From: an uncultured bacterium
Lineage (GTDB): Bacteria; Hydrogenedentota; Hydrogenedentia; Hydrogenedentales; JAEUWI01
Assembly (NCBI GenBank): GCA_963977445.1
Contig: CAXBPH010000001.1
Coordinates: 1-64,000 of the forward strand
DNA: 64,000 nt
Reading direction: 5' to 3'
Shown here: positions 37,546 through 47,374 of the stretch, one piece after another
Layout: every line of letters begins with the position of its first letter
Position numbering within the stretch: position 1 is the stretch's first letter
The notes under the pieces: generated by a model
The model's input: only the letters and a program-made list of their open reading frames with translations
Database searches by the model: none
What the model was told of the DNA's origin: nothing
Program-made: the position numbers and the translations under genes

Positions 37546-40344
37546 ATGAATCTTCTCGGAAAATTCACCTTGGCCCTCCTCGCTTGCGGTCTGGCCCCGC
37601 TGCTGCTCGCCACGCTGTTTACCCACACCTTCACGAAGCGCGCCCTCGAAAACACCGGGCGTCAGGCGCAGGAAGCCCTCGAAACCAAGGCCAAGGATAA
37701 TGTCACGTCGCTGGTCCGTGCGAAGAGTGAACATCTCGCCACCTTTGTTCGCGGCATTAACAATGAGACCCAAATCCTCAGCCGCACCGGTCGTCTCGGA
37801 TTCCTCCTTGAGAGCAATACCTATTACACCTTCGGTAAAGACTCCGGGCTCGTGGAAGACCTTGAAGAAGGGCGGGCCCACTTAAAGGCACTCTACGACG
37901 AGAAACTGTTTTCACCAAATTTCCCCAGCACGGCCACGGTCAATACCTTGTATGCCCACATTGACAGCCTCGATGAAAACGCCATTGCCGCCCAGCTTCG
38001 CTATGTATTCCCCCCCGAGCCCGGTGCCCCCCTGCGCCCCCCCCCGGGAAACGCCACCCCCTATGAAGACATCCACAGTCAGTTGGATATCTTCTGGCCT
38101 TCCGCCATGGCCCACCTGGGCTACCGCGACGTGCTACTGGTCGATGGAGAGCGTGGGGATGTTGTCTATTCGGCCATAGGGGGTGTCGACTTTGGTGCCT
38201 CCTTTAAGGAAGGTCCCCTCGCCGACTCCATCGCCGCCAGGGCCTATCGGCGGGTATGGGAAAGCGGCAATGACCAACTCGTTTTCGAGGATGTCGCCCC
38301 CTATCTTCCCATGAAAAACGCGCCGGTTTTTGTCGTCGGCGCGCCCGTTCACATCCAGGGAAAACGCACCGGCGTTGCCCTGTTCATCCTGGGCCTCGAT
38401 CGATTCGATACCGTGCTGAATACGCGGGAACCCCTGGAGGGCGACAGCACCATGTACCTCGTGGGCCCGGACTATCGGCCCCGCTCCAGAATCGATTCGC
38501 TCATAAGCCACCCCGTAGATGCAGGCAAAGAAGTGGACCTCAGTCGACTCGACATCGAGCCCGCCCGCATCGTGTTTCATCTGGGCGAAATGGGGAGCGG
38601 TGTATACACCGGCCCTTCCGGACAAGAGGCCCTCATCGCCTATGCCCCCATCGATGTGCTGGGCGTCACCTGGGCCCTCATCGCTCAGGTAGATACGGAA
38701 GTCGCCTTCAAGGCCGTCCGTGGCATGGAATCTTCTTCAAAATTTTTCATGAATCGCATCCTCTATATCGGCGACTTCATGGTCATCGCGGCCATTGTCA
38801 TTTTGTGCTTTGTGGCAGACTATCTGGCCAAACCCATCGTTCGCCCCCTGCGCTCCACCGTCGCGATTCTAAAAAGAATGGTCCAGGGGGAAGACGCCCT
38901 CAATCAGCGGCTCGTCGTCCGCGGAAAAGACGAAGTCGCCGAGCTGGCCAGTGCGTTCAACCAGTTCATGAACAAGCTCCAACAACTCTACAGTTCCCTC
39001 GAAAATGAGATTAACAGCCGAAAAGCGGCCCAGGAAGAAGTGGAACGAAGCCAGCAGTATTACAAGGCACTAATTGAACATGCGCCCGACGTTATCGTCG
39101 TATTCGATGATTCCAATCACCTGCTCTTTGTGAGTCCCTCCTTCGAACGAACCTTTGGATACACCACCAACGAAGCGCTGAACATTGACCTATCCCAATG
39201 GATACATCCCGACGACATGGAGGCCATCGCCAAAATCTCCCAGGAGGCACACGAAAACCCCGGTGCTCCCGTCCGTTCTGAATATCGCGTAAAACACAAA
39301 GATGGGCATTGGGTTTACGTCGCCACCGTCGGCACCAACCACACGGAAGACACGTCGATTGCGGGTGTCGTGGTAAATATGCGCGATATCACCCGGCGCA
39401 AAGAGGCAGACCGTATCCTCCGCGAATATAGCGCCACCCTGGAGCGCGATGTGACGCAACGCACCATCGAATTGCAGCAAAACCGCGATGAACTCGCCCA
39501 TACCCTGGAAGAACTGCGCAATGCCCAGGACCAATTGGTCCTCAACGAAAAAATGGCCTCGCTGGGGGCCCTTACCGCGGGCATCGCCCATGAAATTAAA
39601 AACCCCCTTAATTTCGTTACAAATTTTGCCGAGCTGACCGCCGAGCTTGCGGAAGAGCTCGCTACGGAAATGGAAGGCCCCTTGTCCCTGGTTGAGCCGG
39701 ATGTTCGCGAAAACCTGCTCGACCTCCTGAAAGACATTCGTCTGAACAGCGAAAAAATAGAAGAACATGGAAAGCGGGCCGATAACATCGTAAAATCCAT
39801 GCTGCTCCATTCCCGGGGCAAAAAGGACGCACGACAACCCACCGACGTGAACGCCCTTCTGGAGGAATATGTGCAGCTTTCCTACCACGGCATGCGGGCG
39901 CTGGACAGCACCTTCAACATCGAACTCGACGTGAATCTGGCCCCTGAATTCCCCCTCCTCGATGTCGTCCCCCAGGATCTTGCCCGGGTGTTCCTGAACA
40001 TCCTGAACAACGGCTGCTATGCCGCAAACCAGCGCAAGAAAAAAGAGGACGGTGACTTTCAGCCCAAGCTGACCGTTTCCACAGAAATTGCGGGTGACCA
40101 GGCAATCATCCGCATCAGAGATAACGGCGACGGCATGCCCCAGGAAACCCTTGAAAAAATATTCACGCCCTTCTTTACCACGAAACCGGCCGGAGCGGGC
40201 ACGGGGCTGGGACTTTCCATCAGCTACGACATCGTGGTCCAGGAACATCACGGTGAACTCCACGTCGATTCGGAACCGGGGAGCCACACAGAGTTTCAGA
40301 TTATGCTGCCCGTGCTGTCGACAAAGCAGGAGAAGAGTACATGA
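37546..40344 (+). CDS. Sensor histidine kinase (periplasmic Cache-like, HAMP, PAS)
   Basis: Two TM segments, DEVAELASAFN, IHPDD, AGIAHEIKNPLNFV and FFTTKPAGAGTGLGL motifs. Confidence 0.92.
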   Translation: MNLLGKFTLALLACGLAPLLLATLFTHTFTKRALENTGRQAQEALETKAKDNVTSLVRAKSEHLATFVRGINNETQILSRTGRLGFLLESNTYYTFGKDSGLVEDLEEGRAHLKALYDEKLFSPNFPSTATVNTLYAHIDSLDENAIAAQLRYVFPPEPGAPLRPPPGNATPYEDIHSQLDIFWPSAMAHLGYRDVLLVDGERGDVVYSAIGGVDFGASFKEGPLADSIAARAYRRVWESGNDQLVFEDVAPYLPMKNAPVFVVGAPVHIQGKRTGVALFILGLDRFDTVLNTREPLEGDSTMYLVGPDYRPRSRIDSLISHPVDAGKEVDLSRLDIEPARIVFHLGEMGSGVYTGPSGQEALIAYAPIDVLGVTWALIAQVDTEVAFKAVRGMESSSKFFMNRILYIGDFMVIAAIVILCFVADYLAKPIVRPLRSTVAILKRMVQGEDALNQRLVVRGKDEVAELASAFNQFMNKLQQLYSSLENEINSRKAAQEEVERSQQYYKALIEHAPDVIVVFDDSNHLLFVSPSFERTFGYTTNEALNIDLSQWIHPDDMEAIAKISQEAHENPGAPVRSEYRVKHKDGHWVYVATVGTNHTEDTSIAGVVVNMRDITRRKEADRILREYSATLERDVTQRTIELQQNRDELAHTLEELRNAQDQLVLNEKMASLGALTAGIAHEIKNPLNFVTNFAELTAELAEELATEMEGPLSLVEPDVRENLLDLLKDIRLNSEKIEEHGKRADNIVKSMLLHSRGKKDARQPTDVNALLEEYVQLSYHGMRALDSTFNIELDVNLAPEFPLLDVVPQDLARVFLNILNNGCYAANQRKKKEDGDFQPKLTVSTEIAGDQAIIRIRDNGDGMPQETLEKIFTPFFTTKPAGAGTGLGLSISYDIVVQEHHGELHVDSEPGSHTEFQIMLPVLSTKQEKST

Positions 40345-40724
40345 TGCTAATCATGGTGGTAGACGACGAGACCGACATTCAACTCCTTTTTGAACAACAA
40401 TTTCGTAAAGAGATCCGCAACGACGAGCTCAAATTTCATTTTGCCTTCAGCGGCGACGAGGCCCTGAAAACGCTCCAGGGTGAACTCGGAACCGACCTGG
40501 TATTAATCCTATCCGACGTGAATATGCCCGACATGAGTGGCCTCGACCTCCTTCGGTGTATCCGACAGGATCGCACCGACTTGCCGGTATTCATGATAAC
40601 TGCGTATGATGACGAAGGTACCTACCAGGAAGCGATGGAACGTGGTGCCAACGACTACATCGCAAAACCCATTGATTTTCACGCCCTGAAGCAGAAAATA
40701 ATCGCCATAAGGAATAGCGCGTGA
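40341..40724 (+). CDS. Single-domain response regulator
   Basis: VVDDE, ILSDVNMP, MITAY and KPIDF motifs. Confidence 0.9.
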   Translation: MMLIMVVDDETDIQLLFEQQFRKEIRNDELKFHFAFSGDEALKTLQGELGTDLVLILSDVNMPDMSGLDLLRCIRQDRTDLPVFMITAYDDEGTYQEAMERGANDYIAKPIDFHALKQKIIAIRNSA

Positions 40725-41911
40725 CCACCGCAACCCTTACACCCCTCCGCCTGCTGATTGTGGACGACGAGCCCGATCTGGAAACCCTCTTTCGTCAGAA
40801 ATTTCGAAAGCAAATCAAACAGGGTGACTTCCACGTAAAATTCGCCTCCAACGGAAAAGAAGCCCTGGAGACAATCGACGCAAGCAACGAAATCGATATC
40901 ATCCTCACGGATATCAATATGCCGATCATGGACGGCCTCACCCTCCTCGCGCGACTTGCGGAACGGGACGAGCTCTTCAAGGCCGTCGTCATTTCCGCCT
41001 ACGGCGATATGGACAACATTCGCACCGCCATGAATCGGGGGGCCTTCGACTTCATCACCAAGCCCATCGATTTCATCGATCTCGAAATCACGCTGGAGAA
41101 AACCGCAACCGAAGTATTCAAGCTCAGGGCCGGCCAGGATGCGACCCGGCGGCTGGTTGAAGTGGACCATGAATTGGATGTGGCGGCACGCATCCAGGAA
41201 TCTATCCTGCCCAAGACCTTCCCGCCCTTCCCCAATCGGTCCGAGTTGGAAATCTTTGCGGCCATGACCCCGGCAAAACAGGTTGGGGGTGATTTCTATG
41301 ATTTTTTCTTCATCGACGACCACCACCTCGCCTTCGTAATCGGCGACGTCTCTGGGAAGGGCGTCCCCGCTGCCCTCTTCATGGCCGTCTGTCGCACCCT
41401 GATCAAAGCGACGGCGCTACACGAACACGCCCCGGACGAATGCCTGAATCACGTAAATCGCCTGCTCTATGCCGACAACGCTTCTGATTTGTTCGTCACC
41501 GTGTTCTATGCCGTGCTCGATACGCGGACCGGCGAGGTTTCCTACAGCAATGCCGGCCACAACACCCCTTATTGGGTGCGCAACAATGGCACCGCACCGG
41601 AAGCGCTGCTGAATCAGGGGGGGCTCGTGCTCGGCGTCATGGAAAATGTCACCTACGTCCGAACTTCACTCCAGCTCGGCGTCGGTGAATGTTTATTCCT
41701 CTATACCGACGGCGTCACCGAAGCCATGGATCAGGACAACGCCCTCTTCTGTGATGACCGCCTGATCGAACACCTCAATCAAGGCAGCGGAAGCTCACTG
41801 AAGGATATGACCGCGTGTGTCGTAGAAGGACTGCACGCCTTCACAAGAAATCACCCCCAGCACGACGATATCACCATGCTGGCCGTTCGCTATAACGGCA
41901 CGGAGACCTGA
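40721..41911 (+). CDS. Receiver + PP2C (SpoIIE/RsbU-like) phosphatase
   Basis: REC domain followed by VGGDFYD, GDVSGKG, NAGH, YTDGVTEA and DDIT motifs. Confidence 0.92.
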   Translation: MTTATLTPLRLLIVDDEPDLETLFRQKFRKQIKQGDFHVKFASNGKEALETIDASNEIDIILTDINMPIMDGLTLLARLAERDELFKAVVISAYGDMDNIRTAMNRGAFDFITKPIDFIDLEITLEKTATEVFKLRAGQDATRRLVEVDHELDVAARIQESILPKTFPPFPNRSELEIFAAMTPAKQVGGDFYDFFFIDDHHLAFVIGDVSGKGVPAALFMAVCRTLIKATALHEHAPDECLNHVNRLLYADNASDLFVTVFYAVLDTRTGEVSYSNAGHNTPYWVRNNGTAPEALLNQGGLVLGVMENVTYVRTSLQLGVGECLFLYTDGVTEAMDQDNALFCDDRLIEHLNQGSGSSLKDMTACVVEGLHAFTRNHPQHDDITMLAVRYNGTET

Positions 41912-41925
41912 GTCCACAGCCCCGT

Positions 41926-42723
41926 TCAGGCGATAGCTTCCTGGGGAAAAGGCATTTGCCCAGGCGCCTTCGGGCGCATACCGCTCACAATGAGCCCGGG
42001 ACGGCCAACACTCTGGCCGCTCAACTGGACATTCTCGGGGTCGCGAAAACCACAACGTACCAGCCGGCGAACCTTGTCCGTCTGGTTTATGTAGCTGCCG
42101 TGGACCGTGAAGATGTTGAAGATCACAATATCCCCCCGTCGGGCAGGCACCGCCACCGTATCCTCAAGCCGATAGTCATCGGTCGAAAGATGGGGCGTGC
42201 AGGGGCCCTCGGGCGTTTCGGTGATATGGGGCAGGTAACCCGGCTTGTGGCTCCCCGCCAGAAATCGAATTTCGCCATTTTCGTGGCAGGTATCATCCAA
42301 ATGAACCAATACATCGATATAGCGGCCATCAGTATGTTCGTAAAAGGCGTTATCCTGGTGGAGAGGAAAGGGGTGGCCCGTTTCCGGGGGCTTCATGTGT
42401 AGTGTCGTGTGATGGAGCTCCACATTGGGGCCCAGTAAGTCGGACATGGCGCCCGTCAATCGGGGGCTCAACATGGCCCGGCTCCAGGCCTCGGAATAGA
42501 AGTGAAGGTCGTGCAGGTGCGTGAGCTTCGACTTTTCCGACGTAGCTGCGTCCATATAGGCATTCCGCCAGGGCCCCGTCCATCCCATGTCGGTCTGGGC
42601 CCAATCCGTCAACAGGGTTTCAAGCTGCCCGTCCATGGCACCGATCTCCTCGGCGGAGAACACCTGTGGGATATGAAGATACCCTTGTTCCTGGTAAAAT
42701 TTGCACTGTGCTTCGGTCAACAT
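41926..42723 (-). CDS. Phytanoyl-CoA dioxygenase (PhyH) family protein
   Basis: HQD...HGS Fe(II)/2-oxoglutarate triad; NGEIRFLAGSHK. Confidence 0.88.
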   Translation of the reverse strand: MLTEAQCKFYQEQGYLHIPQVFSAEEIGAMDGQLETLLTDWAQTDMGWTGPWRNAYMDAATSEKSKLTHLHDLHFYSEAWSRAMLSPRLTGAMSDLLGPNVELHHTTLHMKPPETGHPFPLHQDNAFYEHTDGRYIDVLVHLDDTCHENGEIRFLAGSHKPGYLPHITETPEGPCTPHLSTDDYRLEDTVAVPARRGDIVIFNIFTVHGSYINQTDKVRRLVRCGFRDPENVQLSGQSVGRPGLIVSGMRPKAPGQMPFPQEAIA

Positions 42724-42895
42724 GGGCTCGTGTACTCCTGAATTCTTCCGACGATAGGGACTACAGATGTTTTTCGTTGGCCGGGCGCTACCACGGCAGC
42801 GGGGCAAATATGCTATAGTATCGTTTCGCTCGTTCCGACTTAAAGAATACTATCACCATCAATCGGCAACTACAACGCCCGAAAAGGAACCTCTC

Positions 42896-43348
42896 ATGGC
42901 GGAATCCGTCCCACAGAATTACGACAACCATACCGTAATCCCGAAATCATTCCTGATAGTCGTCGTGCTTTTTCTGGCCGCTGCCATTCTGGCAACAGTT
43001 GGTCTGGTAAAAACGGGCACGGTTACAGGCACCTGCTGCATCGGGTCTGCGGTATTGATTCACGCACTTTCGGCCATCTTTGGCCTTTTTATCCTGCGAG
43101 GTTATGCCGTCAAACTCCAGGATCGCATCATCCGTACGGAAATGCGTCTCCGCCTGACGGCCATCCTTCCCGATGAACTGGCCCTGGCCGCCCAAAACCT
43201 CACTGTAAAGCAACTGATAGGCCTCCGTTTTGCCTCCGATGAAGAATTGCCCGATCTAACCCGGCAGGTTCTCGACGAGAAAATCGAAAAAGCGGATGCC
43301 ATCAAAAAACTTGTCAAAGACTGGCAAGCCGACAACGATCGCGTTTAA
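42896..43348 (+). CDS. DUF6526-like membrane protein
   Basis: QNYDNH, LQDRIIR.E.RLR, QLIGLRFASDEEL and IKK.VKDWQAD..RV motifs. Confidence 0.75.
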   Translation: MAESVPQNYDNHTVIPKSFLIVVVLFLAAAILATVGLVKTGTVTGTCCIGSAVLIHALSAIFGLFILRGYAVKLQDRIIRTEMRLRLTAILPDELALAAQNLTVKQLIGLRFASDEELPDLTRQVLDEKIEKADAIKKLVKDWQADNDRV

Positions 43349-43362
43349 GAGAACTCCCTACC

Positions 43363-44382
43363 ATGCCCAATCAACCTGCCCGACGTAAACCAAAGCAATT
43401 TACCGGCGTTCCGGCCCACAAGCGTGATCTCGCGCTGGCAATAAAGTGGCACAACCTCATCGAATTTCAGGATGAGCGCGGCAAGCCCTTTCGACGCTTC
43501 TACAAATTGGAAACCCTGACCAGCGCCATCGAAAAGATGGTCAAGGAACAGGACCGCTTCCTCACGCCTGTACTCCAGCAGACCCTCGGTACCGGTAAAC
43601 TGACCAGTATGAATATCGAACTGGTCGGAGAAGACGCCCTTCGCTTCATCTTCCACGCACGCGCCTCCAACGCGCTGAAGAAGCGCGTAACTTTGCGCCT
43701 GGTCGTCGCCAAGAATGAAGAAGAAGCCACCCGGCGGGTTGCCACCGAGTTTAAACACCTCTCTGCACTGGCCGAGCGAATTCCCGAGCACATGACCGTG
43801 CCCTTGCGTTCGGGAGGGATTTTCATGCCCGACCGCTATCGCCGTAAAGAACACCATCGGGATATCCAGGCGTATATCACCACGGCCCCCAATGGCTATG
43901 AGCCCCTGGGCGTTCATCGCAACGAGCAGTTCATGTCCCTCGGCGCCGCCCCCCACACGTTTACCAAAAAAGAGACCGAAGCCCTTAAACAGGCTATGGT
44001 CACCGTCATCGCCAGTGCTTTCAACCCCATCACCCGTGATGGATTGGACACGCACCAGATTGATGACACCACCTTTCAGGTATTCCGCCCCAGCCGGGGC
44101 CTTCCCAAGCTGAAGGTATTCAACTGCGTCCATATGCAGCCCCGTCTGACCCCGCCCCGTCTGCTGGGCTTTCTCCTGACCGATTGCTGGGAAAACCGGG
44201 GTGTACAGTGCCCCCTGGCTCCCGAAGATCCCAACGTGTTTTTTAAGGGTCTTGTCGACGCCGTGGGAAAAGATACCGCGAAGCAATGGGTCGCTCAGTT
44301 TGCGCCCCTGGCCGCCGCCGATAAGATTAAGGCACCCAAGGATGGCTACGTCGAGGAACTCGCGGAAGTCGCTGCCGGGTAA
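43363..44382 (+). CDS. Hypothetical protein, possibly protein-kinase-like fold
   Basis: 339-aa ORF in co-directional context; weak N-lobe-like pattern. Confidence 0.55.
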   Translation: MPNQPARRKPKQFTGVPAHKRDLALAIKWHNLIEFQDERGKPFRRFYKLETLTSAIEKMVKEQDRFLTPVLQQTLGTGKLTSMNIELVGEDALRFIFHARASNALKKRVTLRLVVAKNEEEATRRVATEFKHLSALAERIPEHMTVPLRSGGIFMPDRYRRKEHHRDIQAYITTAPNGYEPLGVHRNEQFMSLGAAPHTFTKKETEALKQAMVTVIASAFNPITRDGLDTHQIDDTTFQVFRPSRGLPKLKVFNCVHMQPRLTPPRLLGFLLTDCWENRGVQCPLAPEDPNVFFKGLVDAVGKDTAKQWVAQFAPLAAADKIKAPKDGYVEELAEVAAG

Positions 44383-44424
44383 GGTTGCGTTGAAGCCCGT
44401 CCGCACGGGTGCTACCATCACGCC

Positions 44425-45291
44425 ATGGCAACTCTACGACATGCAGGTTGGGCCCACATGCCCCCCCTTCGGCTACTGGGTGATCTCATCGCATCCCGGG
44501 AACTGCTTCTCGATCTGGTGCGGAAAGATCTCCGGGTGCGCTATCGCTATGCCGCCCTCGGATTTCTCTGGGCCGTGCTGGAACCGCTCGCCTATATGGT
44601 GGTGCTCACCTTCATTTTTGAGCGCATTCTCGCCCCGAAAACCGGGGCGACCATGTTTGGACCCGACATACCCTTTGCGGCGGGTCTTTTGTGCGGCCTG
44701 GTCTTCTGGCAGTTCACGACCCAGGCCATCAGTGCCGCCACGGCGTCCCTGCTGGACAATCAGCACCTCATAAAAAAGGTCGCTTTCACCCGGGAGGTCG
44801 TCCCGCTGGCAGCCATGGGCTATCCGCTCATTTCGCTATTCGTGGGCGTGACCGTGCTCATTCTGGTCCATCTCGTCCTCGGCGGGAGCCTGGGTCTGGC
44901 GGTGCTTTGGATGCTCCCCCTCTTTCTCCTGCAACTCGCCTTCACCGTAGGGGTAGGCCTCTTCACGGCCGCCCTCAATGTCCGCTTTCGCGATATAGGC
45001 TATATGGTCAGTGTGGCCCTCGTCCTCGGATTCTATGGGACCCCCGTATTTTATGATCTCGACTGGGTGCTCTCGGCGGCACAGAATGGCCATGTTCCCC
45101 ACCTCGTCGTGCAGGCCTATCTGGCGAACCCCATGGCGGAGCTGTTGGAAGCCTATCGGCAGGCACTCCTCGAAGGTCGCCGTCCCGATGGATGGCTCTT
45201 TCTCTGGCCCATGATCGTGGCCACCATCGCACTACTGGTCGGTGTAATCACCTTCCGGCGCAGCGCCCCCACCCTGTCGGACTACCTCTGA
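44425..45291 (+). CDS. wzm: Polysaccharide ABC exporter permease
   Basis: DLRVRYR...LGFLWAVLEPL, LIKKVAF, FRDI, TPVFY and NPM motifs. Confidence 0.9.
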   Translation: MATLRHAGWAHMPPLRLLGDLIASRELLLDLVRKDLRVRYRYAALGFLWAVLEPLAYMVVLTFIFERILAPKTGATMFGPDIPFAAGLLCGLVFWQFTTQAISAATASLLDNQHLIKKVAFTREVVPLAAMGYPLISLFVGVTVLILVHLVLGGSLGLAVLWMLPLFLLQLAFTVGVGLFTAALNVRFRDIGYMVSVALVLGFYGTPVFYDLDWVLSAAQNGHVPHLVVQAYLANPMAELLEAYRQALLEGRRPDGWLFLWPMIVATIALLVGVITFRRSAPTLSDYL

Positions 45292-47369
45292 TGGTGGTCA
45301 TTGAAGCCAGCGATATCACCAAGACCTATCCCACCCAGGGTGGCAAGCGGGCCTTACTGGGCCGAGGCGGCATTGGAACGTTCTTTGCAACGAAAAAGGC
45401 GTCGGACGCGGCCCTCGCCCCCCTTTCCCTGACCGTCCATGCCGGGGAGGCCCTGGGTATAATCGGGCGCAACGGCTCCGGCAAAAGCACTTTACTCAAA
45501 ATAATCGCCGGCGTCACCGCACCCACCAGCGGAACCCTCAACGTCAATGGACGGGTCGCCAGCCTCCTCGAATTGGGCGCGGGCTTCCACCCCATGTTGA
45601 CGGGTCGGGAAAATGTCTATCTCAACGCAGGCCTACTCGGGATGCGCCATGCCCAGGTCGACGCCTGCTTTGATGACATCGTTGAATTTGCCGAGCTCGC
45701 CGAGGCCATCGATCACACCGTGGACACCTACAGCAGCGGCATGTTTGTCCGCCTCGCTTTTTCCGTGGCCATCCATACCAATCCCGACGTCTTCCTCGTC
45801 GACGAAGTACTGGCCGTGGGCGATGAGTCCTTCCAGCGAAAGTGCCGGGCCCGCATTCTGGCCCTGAAGGCCGCAGGCAAGACCATCCTCTTCGTTTCGC
45901 ACGATCTGGGAAGCATTCAGGCCCTGTGTGATCGGGTGTTGCTGCTGGATCGGGGAACGGCCCTCTCCCGGGGCAACGCCCAGGACACCATCGATTTTTA
46001 TCTCCGCCAGATTGGTGAAACGAAAGGTATCGGCCATCTGGTCCATAACGATACCGAGGCCATTTTCAATCATGGGCGTATCGCCCTTTTCCACCGTCAG
46101 CGAGAACTAACGGCCCCCCTGGGCATTAAAGTTCAGTTTTACAGCATGGGCACCTATCACGAGTCCACCGATGCCCTGTGGCATGTCTCAGAGACAGCCC
46201 CAACGACCCTCACAGGTTCCGGCACCTTCCCGCGACTCCCCGTTACGCTGCACATGACCTGCACGCTGGACGACACCGGTCTGGTCGTGACGGTTTCGTG
46301 GGAAAACACCCAGGCCCTCAACCTGAGCTATGTGGCCCTCCAGGTGTTTGCGGTAAGCTCCTATGCGCAGTGGCATGCCGGAAGCCGAAGCGGTGCGTTC
46401 CCACCAATCGGCCCGGAGAATCACCAATGGAGCACGGTTCTGACCCTTCCACCTTCGGAAGGCACCTGTGAACTGGCGGGAGATGGGGATTCCGACCTCC
46501 CCCCACTCTGTTTCTCCCTGGAGGGGGACACGTCGGGTGCCCGATTCCAACTGGACAACTCGGATTACATGGGGCAGGCCCGCATTATCCACCTGACCGA
46601 AGCCATACCCACGGGTGCCAACCCCCTGCCACCAGAGAAACGGCACCTCGGGACCCTGACCATGGACCCCACCCAAGACCCCCAGGGACTGGAAAAACTT
46701 CGGACCCAGCGGCGCGACGCGCAACGGCTGGATCTCGCCAGCATCAGCGCAATACTCCATGATGGACAGGTACAGCTCCTTGGCGATGGCATCCCCTTGA
46801 CCGACGGGCTCCATTGTCATCTTCAGCTTCGCACAGGCGATCTCTGGGTGCTGGGCCACGACTTCTCCTGGGCAGTGACAGCAAAACAAGACGACACCCT
46901 CACGGCCACCGGACGGGTCCAGCGTATCCCCTGCGCCATCGCATGGACCGTAAGCGCCATCGCAGCAGACACGCTGGAGTTACAACTCGAATTAACGGCG
47001 GACCAGGAATTGGAACTGACCGAATACAACCTGTCTCTCTGTCTGGCGACTGCCTATGACGAATGGGCCACCCCATCGGAATCGGGCCACTTCGGAAACG
47101 CGACAAAAACAGGTCGTGGCTGGACTCATCTCAATAGCGCCTACACCGAGGGCACGTCCATTGTGGCCCAGGGAAAGGACGTACCCACACTAACCCTGAC
47201 GGCCTCCGAGCATCTCGGAAACGCCTACCCCACGGCCATACGCACCGACACGGATCAGGATCTACGGGTACTCCAACTCCTGTGCAACCCGGGACAACAG
47301 CGGGCCTTCGCACTTGGGACAGGAGCCCATACGTTATTTCGCGCCACATTGCACGTTGGAAGCCAATAG
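45291..47369 (+). CDS. wzt: Polysaccharide ABC exporter ATPase with long duplicated C-terminal domain
   Basis: GRNGSGKST, YSSGM.VRLAFS, DEVLAVGD..FQ.KC and VSHD motifs; ~440-aa C-terminal extension. Confidence 0.9.
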   Translation: MVVIEASDITKTYPTQGGKRALLGRGGIGTFFATKKASDAALAPLSLTVHAGEALGIIGRNGSGKSTLLKIIAGVTAPTSGTLNVNGRVASLLELGAGFHPMLTGRENVYLNAGLLGMRHAQVDACFDDIVEFAELAEAIDHTVDTYSSGMFVRLAFSVAIHTNPDVFLVDEVLAVGDESFQRKCRARILALKAAGKTILFVSHDLGSIQALCDRVLLLDRGTALSRGNAQDTIDFYLRQIGETKGIGHLVHNDTEAIFNHGRIALFHRQRELTAPLGIKVQFYSMGTYHESTDALWHVSETAPTTLTGSGTFPRLPVTLHMTCTLDDTGLVVTVSWENTQALNLSYVALQVFAVSSYAQWHAGSRSGAFPPIGPENHQWSTVLTLPPSEGTCELAGDGDSDLPPLCFSLEGDTSGARFQLDNSDYMGQARIIHLTEAIPTGANPLPPEKRHLGTLTMDPTQDPQGLEKLRTQRRDAQRLDLASISAILHDGQVQLLGDGIPLTDGLHCHLQLRTGDLWVLGHDFSWAVTAKQDDTLTATGRVQRIPCAIAWTVSAIAADTLELQLELTADQELELTEYNLSLCLATAYDEWATPSESGHFGNATKTGRGWTHLNSAYTEGTSIVAQGKDVPTLTLTASEHLGNAYPTAIRTDTDQDLRVLQLLCNPGQQRAFALGTGAHTLFRATLHVGSQ

Positions 47370-47374
47370 TTCCT

